Below are positions 49,508 to 58,171 of a stretch of 64,000 nt of DNA, piece by piece. Each line of letters starts with the position of its first letter. The first letter of the stretch is position 1. Below the pieces are notes generated by a model that was given only the letters and a program-made list of their open reading frames with translations, searched no databases and was not told where the DNA came from. The stretch is from Verrucomicrobiota bacterium (GTDB lineage: Bacteria > Verrucomicrobiota > Verrucomicrobiia > Limisphaerales > CANJXF01): NCBI GenBank assembly GCA_038214755.1, contig JBBQRQ010000008.1, positions 19,013-83,012 of the forward strand, written 5' to 3'. Made by a program: the position numbers and the translations under genes.

Positions 49508-49798
49508 ATGAACCGGAATCCTTATGGCGCGCACACCACGTTGCGGCCAACAAACTTTATCTGCAACGCGCCGCAAGCCCAGGCGGTGACGCTGGTCGGC
49601 GACTTCAATCAGTGGAACCCTTCGGCGCATCCCATGAAAAAAATGCCGGATGGCGCATGGCTGGCGACTCTGGACCTCAAGCACGGACATCATCGCTACG
49701 CGTTTCTGGTTGACGGCCATTTGACGCTGGATCCCCGCGCGCAAGGAATCACGCGCAACGACCGAAATGAGCGGGTCTCGCTTGTGCCGGTGAGCTAA
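49508..49798 (+). CDS. Stand-alone CBM48 / isoamylase early-set glycogen-binding domain protein
   Basis: AQAVTLVGDFNQWN, G.W...L, YAFLVDG..DP. Confidence 0.92.
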   Translation: MNRNPYGAHTTLRPTNFICNAPQAQAVTLVGDFNQWNPSAHPMKKMPDGAWLATLDLKHGHHRYAFLVDGHLTLDPRAQGITRNDRNERVSLVPVS

Positions 49799-49808
49799 CA
49801 AAACGCTG

Positions 49809-50341
49809 GGGTAGCATCTGCCTCCGGCGGGTGCGAATTCACTTTCAGAATTAAAGATTCTTTCATTCAACGCGAAATCCGAATTCCGAAAACCGAAAAC
49901 CGAAAGAAATCCGAAAACCCAAGGCCGAAAGATTTGCGGAACTTCTTCTGGGAGTGCGGCGGCATGATGCCGCTTTTCCTACACGCCTCTCAGACAATAC
50001 GACTTTGCTTTTGAACTGACTCACGTCTCCGCCATTCCCAGGATGCAGCCAAAGCGGGGGACATGTCCCCGCAGTCCAAAATACGGAACGCCGATCTCCC
50101 GATCGGCAGCGGGCCGAAAACGGGCTTTAGCCGATCAGGAGATCGGCGTTCCAATCGTTGAACTAAGGCGGGTAACTGTGCGGGTCGCAAAATACTCTTT
50201 TGGCCGCGCTGGGGTGCAACTCATTTCAGTTTTCAATATTGGGATTTCTTTCGGATTTCGGGGATTCGGATTTCGGATTTTAATTAAACCTCAAGCTGTT
50301 TGCCGCCTCGCACCCGCACCCGCCGGAGGCAGATGCTACCC
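49809..50341. repeat. Multiply nested REPIN composite
   Basis: gtagcatctgcc arms enclose heptamer arms, which enclose two further REP doublets. Confidence 0.87.
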
Positions 50342-50351
50342 ACTCGCATTT

Positions 50352-53300
50352 TTATTTGTTCAACACCTCGTCCATGTTCAGCAATTCGTTGGCGACCATG
50401 GTGTAGGCTGCCAAGGTGGGACGGTCCAAAGTAGCGTCGGGCTTCGAATCTCCCACCGTAATCAAAGTCTCCGCCTCTTTTGGCGCGGATTGATAATGGG
50501 TGAGAAGTTGTGCCAAAACTTTTCCGGTGATTTTATTTTCTTCCGGCCTCAACGGGCGCGCTAACAAATGTCGCGCCATAAAATCCAGCCGAGCATCTTC
50601 GTTATCAGCAGATTTTTTCAGGGCGCGCTCGGCGAGATTTCGCGCGGCTTCGACAAATTGCGGATCGTTCAGCGTGGCCAGCGCTTGCAATGGAGTGTCC
50701 GTGCGTTCGCGGCGGACCGTGCAGGTTTCTCGACTCGGCGCGTTAAAAATATCCATCAACGCCGGTGGCGCGGCGCGTTTCCAAAAAGTATAGAGGCTGC
50801 GACGATACAATTTCTCGCCACTGTCGCGTTTGTAATCGCGCGTGTTGCTGCCAATCATCGCGACCGCTTCCCAAACGCCCTCGGGTTGGTAAGGCTTCAC
50901 GCTCGGCCCGCCGATTTTTTCGACAAGCAATCCGCTGGCGGACAACGCGTAGTCGCGCACCATTTCCGCGTCCATCCGAAAACGCGGACCGCGCGAGAGG
51001 AGGCGATTCGACGGGTCTTTCAATAATTTGTCAGAGGTGACCGCAGGGGCCTGACGATAGGTCGCTGACATCACCACCATTTTGAAAAACTTTTTCACGT
51101 CCCAACCTGATTCGCGAAATTCCACCGCCATCCAGTCGAGCAGTTCCGGGTGCGACGGCATTTCGCCACTGACACCCAGGTCGCCCGTCGTGCGCACAAG
51201 ACCGGCCCCGAAGACTTCCTGCCAGAAACGATTGACCGTGACGCGCGCGGTCAAAGGGTTCTCCGGGAGGAGCAACCACTTCGCCAGGCCGAGCCGATTT
51301 CGCGGGAACTCTTTTGGCATCGCCGGGAGGGCGGCGGGAGTGTTCGGCTCCACTTTATCTTTACGTTTGTCGTATTCGCCGCGGGCGAGAACGTAGGCTT
51401 CAGGCGGGGCATCTTTTTCGTGCATCACGTGGGCAATAGTGCCGCGCGCTTTGATGGCAGCTTCTTCTTTCTCGAGCGCGGCGGCGACCTTTTTCATTTC
51501 TTGAAACTGCGGATCAAAGTTTTCCAGCCAATTTTTATACAACTCGTCGCGTTCCTTTTTTTCACGTTTTTCCGCGGGCTGGGATAGCAGGTAAGCCGTG
51601 CGGGAGTCGTGCGCCAACGACTTGATTTCCGGGGGCTGAAGCACACGGTCGTAAATCCGCACGTCTTGAATTCCCGCGGTGTCCACCGGCGCAGTGGTGT
51701 TGCGTTGTCCAATCTTAAAAGGAACAGTGGTGCGCGTACTGTTTGTTAATTTGTCGGTCTGAATGCTGGTTTCCTGGGCTTCGCCATCGAGATAAATTTT
51801 CACTCCTGCGCCCTTCAACAATCCGTCGTAGGTGACAAAAACATGCGTCCAACGATTGGCTTCAATCGCTTTGTTGGCCACAACTTTTAAACCATCTTCC
51901 GGCCATTTGCTGACGATGTGCGTTCCAGGTTTTCCACCTTCAATCCAAAGATCCCAGCCGCGAAAATTATTCGTGTCATCCATCCTCGAAAAAATTGCGC
52001 CGTCCCGGCCCTTCGCCAAATAAACCCACGTGCCGTAGGAAAACTTCTGATCCTTGTCGAAGTCGGCCACGTCGGAAATCTCCGGAGCGTTTGTCCCGCT
52101 CGTCGTGTAGGCTTTCGTCGCCACGATGCCCGCTTGCGAGAGAGCGTTGGTCGCTAAAATTACTTCGCGCATCTCATCTCGAACTTTTACTTTCAGCGTT
52201 GGTTTTTGGTCTTCATCCAGGACTGCGTGAAATACGGGCGCGTTGGTCGGCAGTTTATCGGAAAAGGTTTTCGCGGAAACCGTCGGGAGCCATGTCTCGA
52301 AATCATTTGTGCCCGACTGGCGGCGCGTGGTTATTTTTTTCTCCGCTTCCTGAACCTGCGGTAAGAGCGTCGCCCATTTGGCACGGTCTTCCTCCGTAGG
52401 CACGATGGTGACGGGCGGCGTGTTATGCACGTTGCCGTCCATTGCTTTTTGGGTCGTGTTGTTGAAGAACGATGAAAGCGAGTAAAATTCTTTTTGCGAA
52501 ATTTTGTCGAACTTGTGGTCGTGACAAACCGCGCAACCGGTTGTTAGACCAAGCCACACTGCCGAAGTCGCTTCCGTTCGATCGCGCGCGTAGAGAACAA
52601 AATATTCCTCGTCAATGGCGCCGCCTTCGCTGGTGGTAATGTTGCAACGATTGAAACCTGTGGCGATTTCCTGATCCAGGGAGTGATTTGGCAAAAGGTC
52701 GCCCGCCAGTTGCTCGATCGTAAATTGATCGAAGGGCTGGTTGCGATTGAAAGCGTTGATGACCCAATCGCGATAGCTCCACATCTCGCGATAATTATCG
52801 ATGTGAATTCCGTTGGAATCGCCGTAGCGGGCGGCGTCCAGCCAGTAGCGACCGCGATGTTCCCCCCAATGCGGCGAGGCCAGCAAATGGTCCACAAATT
52901 TTTCGTAGGCATTCGGCGATTTGTCTTTCACAAAAGCGTCCACCTCCTCCGGCGTCGGCGGCAGGCCCGTCAAGTCCAGGCTGACGCGACGAGCCAACGT
53001 GCGACGATCCGCTTCGGCGGCGGGCTTCAATTTTTCCTGCTCCAGCCGCGCCAGAATAAAATTATCAATTGGATTTTTGACCAAGCGGCGATCGCGGACT
53101 TTCGGCGGCGCGGGGCGAGTCGGCGCAATCAACGCCCAATGCTCCTGATACTTCGCACCCTCCGCGATCCAGCGTTTGAGAATTTCTTTTTGCGCGGCGG
53201 TCAAAACTTTGTGCGAGTCGGGCGGCGGCATCTGGTCGTCTGGATCGCTGGTGAAAACGCGGCGAACCAATTCGCTTTTGTCGGGCTTGCCCGGGGCAAT

Positions 53301-53531
53301 CGGCGGCAAGCTGTCTTTGCGCGGAGCGGTCGCGTCGGCAAAACGGTCCAATCTCAAATCGGCTTTGCGCGCGGCTGAATCCATTCCATGACAGGCAAAG
53401 CAATTTTGCGAAAGGATGGGCCGCACGTCACGATTGAATTGGATTTTGCTCGAGGCAGCGTTCGCGGAAAAATTTGCCGCTACGAGTGCGGCCAGGGATA
53501 GCCTCAGAAATTTTAAATCAATTTTGTTCAA
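50352..53531 (-). CDS. PSD1 / planctomycete cytochrome c protein (DUF1549-LamG-DUF1553)
   Basis: FNRDVRPILSQNCFACHG, RRVSLDLTGLPP, WLDAARYGD, CAVCHDHKFD, PSHPELLDW, YRRSLY; TTG start chosen. Confidence 0.93.
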   Translation of the reverse strand: MNKIDLKFLRLSLAALVAANFSANAASSKIQFNRDVRPILSQNCFACHGMDSAARKADLRLDRFADATAPRKDSLPPIAPGKPDKSELVRRVFTSDPDDQMPPPDSHKVLTAAQKEILKRWIAEGAKYQEHWALIAPTRPAPPKVRDRRLVKNPIDNFILARLEQEKLKPAAEADRRTLARRVSLDLTGLPPTPEEVDAFVKDKSPNAYEKFVDHLLASPHWGEHRGRYWLDAARYGDSNGIHIDNYREMWSYRDWVINAFNRNQPFDQFTIEQLAGDLLPNHSLDQEIATGFNRCNITTSEGGAIDEEYFVLYARDRTEATSAVWLGLTTGCAVCHDHKFDKISQKEFYSLSSFFNNTTQKAMDGNVHNTPPVTIVPTEEDRAKWATLLPQVQEAEKKITTRRQSGTNDFETWLPTVSAKTFSDKLPTNAPVFHAVLDEDQKPTLKVKVRDEMREVILATNALSQAGIVATKAYTTSGTNAPEISDVADFDKDQKFSYGTWVYLAKGRDGAIFSRMDDTNNFRGWDLWIEGGKPGTHIVSKWPEDGLKVVANKAIEANRWTHVFVTYDGLLKGAGVKIYLDGEAQETSIQTDKLTNSTRTTVPFKIGQRNTTAPVDTAGIQDVRIYDRVLQPPEIKSLAHDSRTAYLLSQPAEKREKKERDELYKNWLENFDPQFQEMKKVAAALEKEEAAIKARGTIAHVMHEKDAPPEAYVLARGEYDKRKDKVEPNTPAALPAMPKEFPRNRLGLAKWLLLPENPLTARVTVNRFWQEVFGAGLVRTTGDLGVSGEMPSHPELLDWMAVEFRESGWDVKKFFKMVVMSATYRQAPAVTSDKLLKDPSNRLLSRGPRFRMDAEMVRDYALSASGLLVEKIGGPSVKPYQPEGVWEAVAMIGSNTRDYKRDSGEKLYRRSLYTFWKRAAPPALMDIFNAPSRETCTVRRERTDTPLQALATLNDPQFVEAARNLAERALKKSADNEDARLDFMARHLLARPLRPEENKITGKVLAQLLTHYQSAPKEAETLITVGDSKPDATLDRPTLAAYTMVANELLNMDEVLNK

Positions 53532-53603
53532 GGGCGAAACTATACTCAATTCACGGAGAAAATCCCGAAATTTTTGTCGAACATGCTCTTGATCCAAATT
53601 GCG

Positions 53604-53961
53604 GAACTGTTCTCGCCGGGTAGCATCTGCCTCCGGCGGGTGCGAAAAGATTTTTCCCAACATCGGTTCTCTACCGAGGAAAGGAGGAGGTCGTCACGCA
53701 CCCGCCAGAGGCAGATGCTACCCCCGGTGGCGAAACCATTCCGCAATGCCGACGAATCGAAAATGCCTCAGCGTGCAAAGCTCTTTGGGAATGAGAAGAA
53801 CTGTTGTCGCCAGGTAGCATCTGCCTCCGGCGGGTGCGAAAAGATTTTCCCCAACATCGGTTCTCTACCGAGGAAAGGAGGAGGTCGTCACGCACCCGCC
53901 AGAGGCAGATGCTACCCCGGTGGCCAAACCATTCCGCCATGCCGACGAATCGACAATGCCG
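53604..53961. repeat. Tandem duplication (194-bp period) of a gtagcatctgcc REPIN plus flanks
   Basis: GTAG at 53620 and 53814 with near-identical spacers. Confidence 0.9.
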
Positions 53962-54041
53962 AGTCGTTGCGTGACCGGATGGGAGCAACTTTAATTATTT
54001 GTTGGTTGAACAACTCCCCCTCGCGGATTAAAAATTGAAGT

Positions 54042-54170
54042 ATGAAAACCTATTTGCTGGCGCATCTCTCCGGCCAACCGCATCTCCACCGAGCGGATGT
54101 CGCCGTGATCATTACGCTCCTGACGATTGCGGCCATCGCTTATTTTCTAACCAGACGCCTCGAGAGATAA
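54042..54170 (+). CDS. 42-aa His-containing small membrane protein
   Basis: MKTYLLAHLSGQPHLHRADVAVIITLLTIAAIAYFLTRRLER*. Confidence 0.55.
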   Translation: MKTYLLAHLSGQPHLHRADVAVIITLLTIAAIAYFLTRRLER

Positions 54171-54179
54171 TCCAAAATT

Positions 54180-54252
54180 GTAGCGGCGCGTCTGTGACCG
54201 CCGTTTATTTTTTTAAAAATTGAAACAGCGGCGGTCACAGACACGCCGCTAC
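54180..54252. repeat. GTAG-type REP doublet
   Basis: gtagcggcgcgtctgtgaccgccg...cggcggtcacagacacgccgctac. Confidence 0.85.
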
Positions 54253-54269
54253 AAGAGGAGCGAAAATTT

Positions 54270-54833
54270 ATGCACGAAATAACTTCCGTGGAACTCAAGC
54301 GCGATTGCGAAGCCGTGCAAATTCCGGTCGGCACCACCGTGACTCTGCCAGTGGGAACGCCGGTGGACATCACCCAAACTCTCGGGGGCGTTTACACCAT
54401 TCACGCGCAAGGCGGATTGTTTCGCATCGCGTCCAAAGACGCAGACGCCCTCGGAATCAACGAGTCTTCCTCGACACTCGGCGAAGCGGTGCTGGAAAAA
54501 CCCGCCGGGCCAGCCGGACCAGTCGATGAAAAGGAAGTTTGGGAAACGCTGCGCACCTGTTACGACCCCGAAATTCCGGTGAACATCGTGGATCTCGGGC
54601 TGGTTTACGACATGGTGATCGAGCCGTTGCCGAGCGGAAACAGCCAGGTGCTCGTGAAGATGACGTTGACCGCGCCCGGTTGCGGAATGGGCGGAGTCAT
54701 CGCGGGCGACGCGCAAACGAAATTACTTTCATTGCCCGGCGTGGATGAAGCGACGGTGGAAATTGTTTGGGACCCGCCGTGGCACCAGTCGATGATTACT
54801 CCGGCGGGCCGAGGAATTCTTGGTCTGGAATAA
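54270..54833 (+). CDS. sufT: Fe-S cluster assembly protein SufT
   Basis: ITQTLGG N-terminal domain; YDPEIPVNIVDLGLVY, MTLTAPGCGMG, VWDPPW. Confidence 0.93.
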   Translation: MHEITSVELKRDCEAVQIPVGTTVTLPVGTPVDITQTLGGVYTIHAQGGLFRIASKDADALGINESSSTLGEAVLEKPAGPAGPVDEKEVWETLRTCYDPEIPVNIVDLGLVYDMVIEPLPSGNSQVLVKMTLTAPGCGMGGVIAGDAQTKLLSLPGVDEATVEIVWDPPWHQSMITPAGRGILGLE

Positions 54834-54861
54834 AAGAGTCGCGCGGCCACTTTCCGATCCC

Positions 54862-55152
54862 CTACAAATGTTGCTGCCAACGTTTCGGATCGCGCCGCAA
54901 ATCCATGACTGAAACGATCAAAATTTCGTCGCGGCGAATTTGGTAAAACAAGCCAAACGGAAAACGGTGTGTCCGACAGCGGCGCGTTCGGCGAGAGAGA
55001 GCCGTCCAAGCCTCTGGGTGGGTTTCGATCAAACGAGTTGCGGCCTCAATTTCAAGGAGAAATTCCGCACCCAACCCAATTCGTGCTGCCTCGTAGAATT
55101 CGATTGCCTCTTTGAGTTCCCGTTGCGCCGGCGAAGTGAGACGAGCTTTCAC
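54862..55152 (-). CDS. RelE/ParE-family toxin
   Basis: AQRELKEAIEFYE, GLGAEF, RRC...RFPFGLFY, RRDP..W. Confidence 0.9.
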   Translation of the reverse strand: MKARLTSPAQRELKEAIEFYEAARIGLGAEFLLEIEAATRLIETHPEAWTALSRRTRRCRTHRFPFGLFYQIRRDEILIVSVMDLRRDPKRWQQHL

Positions 55153-55376
55153 TTCTCAAGATTTTTTCTGAGATCCGCAAAAACTTCCGTGGCACCACGC
55201 GCGGTCAATTTTCCCTCCTCGTAAGCGTCAATCCGCCGTTCAGATTCGGCCGCCCACGCCGCTTCACGTGTTTTCATATCCGGCTCCGCCAAAGAATCCC
55301 AGATCAAGTCCAACAATCGCGCACGATCCTCAGCGGTGAGATTCAACACTTCGGATTGGATGGTGGTCATGCTCAT
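55149..55376 (-). CDS. Addiction-module antitoxin (TIGR02574-like)
   Basis: LNLTAEDRARL...IWDSL, AWAAESERRI; 4-nt overlap with the toxin. Confidence 0.88.
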   Translation of the reverse strand: MSMTTIQSEVLNLTAEDRARLLDLIWDSLAEPDMKTREAAWAAESERRIDAYEEGKLTARGATEVFADLRKNLEK

Positions 55377-55458
55377 GAGACAAGTATTCGCGATCGGCGG
55401 TTTTGTGGCAAGCGCATGGATTAGATAGAGAGTGCAGAGGTCCGGATTGGTCCTGGAC

Positions 55459-56322
55459 TTAGAAATATTTTTCCAACACGGGTTTCAACTCTGCCTTAAT
55501 TTTCGCCGGCCAAAGTTTTTTGTCCGTCATGATCGCGTTGCGCAAGGCGTCATGACATGGCCAGTTTGGTTCGGGCGGAATTTCAGGAATAACACTTGCA
55601 ATGATTGTTTTCGCCGTCTCCGCGTTCTTCAGCAAATTCGCAATCACCATTTCCACCGTGACGTGCGCTTCATCCTCTTTCCAACAATCGTAGTCAGTGA
55701 TCATCGCCATTGTGGCGTAGGCGATTTCCGCCTCGCGCGAACACTTGGCTTCACCGAGATTGGTCATGCCGATCACATCGTAACCTTGTTTGTGATTCGT
55801 GATCGATTCGGCGCGAGTGCTGAAGGCCGGGCCTTCCATGTTCACGTAAGTTCCGCCGTCGTGAACGCGCGCTTTGGCTCTTCGCGCATGTTTCAACAAA
55901 AGCCCGCGCAACTCTTGGCAAATCGGATCCGCAAACGCAATGTGCGCCACGATGCCGCGCCCAAAAAAACTGTGCTCGAACGAACGCTTGGTGCGATCGA
56001 GAAATTGATCCGCCAAAACGATGTCGCACGGTTGGTATTTCGTTTGCAACGAACCGACGGCGCCCACGCTGATAATCCAACTCACGCCCAGTTTTTTCAT
56101 CCCAAAAATATTGGCGCGATGATTCAGTTCGCTCGGCGTGAGGCGATGGCCCCGTCCGTGGCGCGGCAGAAAAATCACTTCGCGCCCGGCCAGTTCGCCT
56201 GTGAGAAAATCATCGGACGGCGCGCCAAAAGGAGTTTTGACCTTCACCCATTTTTGTTTGGTGAAACCTTCGATGTGATAAAGCCCGCTGCCGCCGATGA
56301 TTCCGATTCGATGATTTTGCAT
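55459..56322 (-). CDS. mtnP: S-methyl-5'-thioadenosine phosphorylase
   Basis: IGIIGGSG, TPFG.PSD, RHGRGH, EGPAFSTRAES, IGMT, TDYDCW. Confidence 0.94.
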   Translation of the reverse strand: MQNHRIGIIGGSGLYHIEGFTKQKWVKVKTPFGAPSDDFLTGELAGREVIFLPRHGRGHRLTPSELNHRANIFGMKKLGVSWIISVGAVGSLQTKYQPCDIVLADQFLDRTKRSFEHSFFGRGIVAHIAFADPICQELRGLLLKHARRAKARVHDGGTYVNMEGPAFSTRAESITNHKQGYDVIGMTNLGEAKCSREAEIAYATMAMITDYDCWKEDEAHVTVEMVIANLLKNAETAKTIIASVIPEIPPEPNWPCHDALRNAIMTDKKLWPAKIKAELKPVLEKYF

Positions 56323-56474
56323 TGGCGGATATGGCGGCAAAAAAGTTTGCGCGGCACAAGAAGTTTCTTGCTCGATTGCGAAAAGATTAAATGCGTGGCA
56401 AAAAAAAACGTTGAAAACCGAAAAAAAATAAAATTTCTTGAGCCGACGATGGAAGTCGAATCTACTGTGACGAC

Positions 56475-56777
56475 ATGTCAAAAGTTAAACACATTGGATT
56501 GATCAAATTTAAAAACGAAACGAGTGAAGAGCAAACAACCGATCTCTTCAACCAGATGCTGGACCTCACGGAAAACGTCGATGGGATTGTAGATTACGTC
56601 TCCGGCCCGAACACCAGTCCGGAAGGATTAAACCAAGGGTTTACTCACGGCTTCATTATGACTTTCACCGACGCCGGGGCCCGCGACGCTTACCTCACGC
56701 ATCCCGAACATCAGCAGTTTAAAGACAAGGCTTTGCCGTTAATCGAGTCAATCGCCGTCTTTGATTTCGAAGTGTAG
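56475..56777 (+). CDS. Dabb stress-responsive A/B barrel protein
   Basis: VKHIGLIKFK, G.N.SPE..NQGFTHGF, YLTHPEH. Confidence 0.92.
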   Translation: MSKVKHIGLIKFKNETSEEQTTDLFNQMLDLTENVDGIVDYVSGPNTSPEGLNQGFTHGFIMTFTDAGARDAYLTHPEHQQFKDKALPLIESIAVFDFEV

Positions 56778-56789
56778 TCGGACCTTGGC

Positions 56790-56946
56790 GGGTAGCATCT
56801 GCCTCCGGCGGGTGCGAAAACATTTTTTGTTTTGATGTGCAATGTTCAGCCTGAGACCTCAATTGATTTTCTACGAACGAAGCTCGGAAGTTGAGCATCG
56901 AATATCCAATGAGTTTTTTCGCACCCGCCGGAGGCAGATGCTACCC
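56790..56946. repeat. gtagcatctgcc REPIN
   Basis: Long near-perfect terminal inverted repeat. Confidence 0.88.
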
Positions 56947-56994
56947 AGCGTTGAAAAAAATTGAACCGCTCGCATCCGCGAATAGACTTCGCCG

Positions 56995-57888
56995 ATGAAC
57001 GCCCTCTTGCCCCCGGAACTCCTCCGGCGTTTGGAGCAATTCCAATTGCTCGCGGCGCGCCGCGCTAAAAGTTCCGCGCGCGGCGAAAGACGCAGCAAAG
57101 CTCGTGGGCAATCCGTCGAGTTTGCCGATTATCGCAACTACACGGCAGGCGATGATTTTCGTTATCTGGATTGGAATCTTTACGGACGCCTCGAAAAACT
57201 TTTCCTGAAACTTTACGAAGAAGAGCGCGAATTGCCCGTTCGCATTTTCCTGGATTGCAGCGAGTCAATGACGTTTGGTTCGCCGCGAAAGTTTGATTTC
57301 GCCCGGCAAATCGCCGCGGCCATTGGTTACGTTGCCCTTTGCGGTTTCGATCGAGTAACGGTCGTCGGATTTCCTGATAATCCTGACGACGCGGCTTATC
57401 GCGGCGCGCTGAGAGCGGTCCGTGGGAGAAAATCTTCACTCACTTATTTTCAAAATCTCTCGAAGCTGGAAGCGAAAGGCGTGGCGAATTTAAACGCGTC
57501 CCTTCGTCGTGGCGCAATCGAAGCGCGCCAGGCGGGCATGGCCATTGTGTTGAGTGATTTTCTGGACCCGGCTGGCTACGAATCCGGTTTGACCGCGCTC
57601 ATTTCTCGCGGCTTTCAAGTGAACGCGATTCAGATTCTTGCGCCGGACGAATTGGCCCCCTCCACCTTCGGAGATCTGCGCCTCGTCGATTCTGAAACCG
57701 GTGCTCAGCAGGAAGTGACTTTTGGTAAATATCGGTTGAAAAATTATCAGCAAACCGTGGAAAATTTCTGTCAGCGTCTGCGCGAATTTTGTCGGGGCAG
57801 AGGAGTGAATTTTTTCCGAGTTGGTTCAGACACGTCACTGGAAAAGCTTTTGCTCAACCAACTCCGCACCGCTGAAGTTTGGGGTTGA
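56995..57888 (+). CDS. DUF58 family (vWA-like) protein
   Basis: GQSVEFADYRNY..GDD.R..DW, LDCSESM, SDFLD. Confidence 0.93.
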   Translation: MNALLPPELLRRLEQFQLLAARRAKSSARGERRSKARGQSVEFADYRNYTAGDDFRYLDWNLYGRLEKLFLKLYEEERELPVRIFLDCSESMTFGSPRKFDFARQIAAAIGYVALCGFDRVTVVGFPDNPDDAAYRGALRAVRGRKSSLTYFQNLSKLEAKGVANLNASLRRGAIEARQAGMAIVLSDFLDPAGYESGLTALISRGFQVNAIQILAPDELAPSTFGDLRLVDSETGAQQEVTFGKYRLKNYQQTVENFCQRLREFCRGRGVNFFRVGSDTSLEKLLLNQLRTAEVWG

Positions 57889-57896
57889 TCTGTAGA

Positions 57897-58104
57897 TAGG
57901 AGCGCGGACGTTCTCCGTCCGCGTTTCTTTCGAGAGCAATCCCGTCACGATAAATGCGCGGACGAAGAACGTCCGCGCTCCTACACTTTTACGCGAGTCG
58001 AGTAGTGGGGCAGGCTTCCAGCCTGTCACAGCGGGCATCTTGCCCGCGAATCCTGGTTCTGGGGCTGGAAGCCCCATTGGCAGACAGGATGTCTGCCCCA
58101 CTAC
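57897..58104. repeat. Two adjacent REP elements (GGAGCGCGGAC and GTGGGGCA families)
   Basis: 57897-57983 and 58002-58104. Confidence 0.85.
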
Positions 58105-58171
58105 TTTGGCATCGTGTGAAGATGCGCACTCCGAGCGACGCCGCCACATTTTTGCGCTATCTTCTTTCCGT

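Noticed and set aside
53604..53961. CRISPR array
   Set aside because: Only two long units with near-identical spacers, built from inverted REP arms; no cas genes.
54834..55458. mtnP 3'-end relic flanking the TIGR02574/ParE pair
   Set aside because: I looked for one and found no duplicated terminus, so this TA pair does not show the end-swap signature.
58040..58171. N-terminal extensions of lhr, the TPR protein (46980), PSD1 (53663), lptG (41271) and SCO (37375) in the ORF track
   Set aside because: They are read-through into REP elements; downstream starts fit the protein families better.
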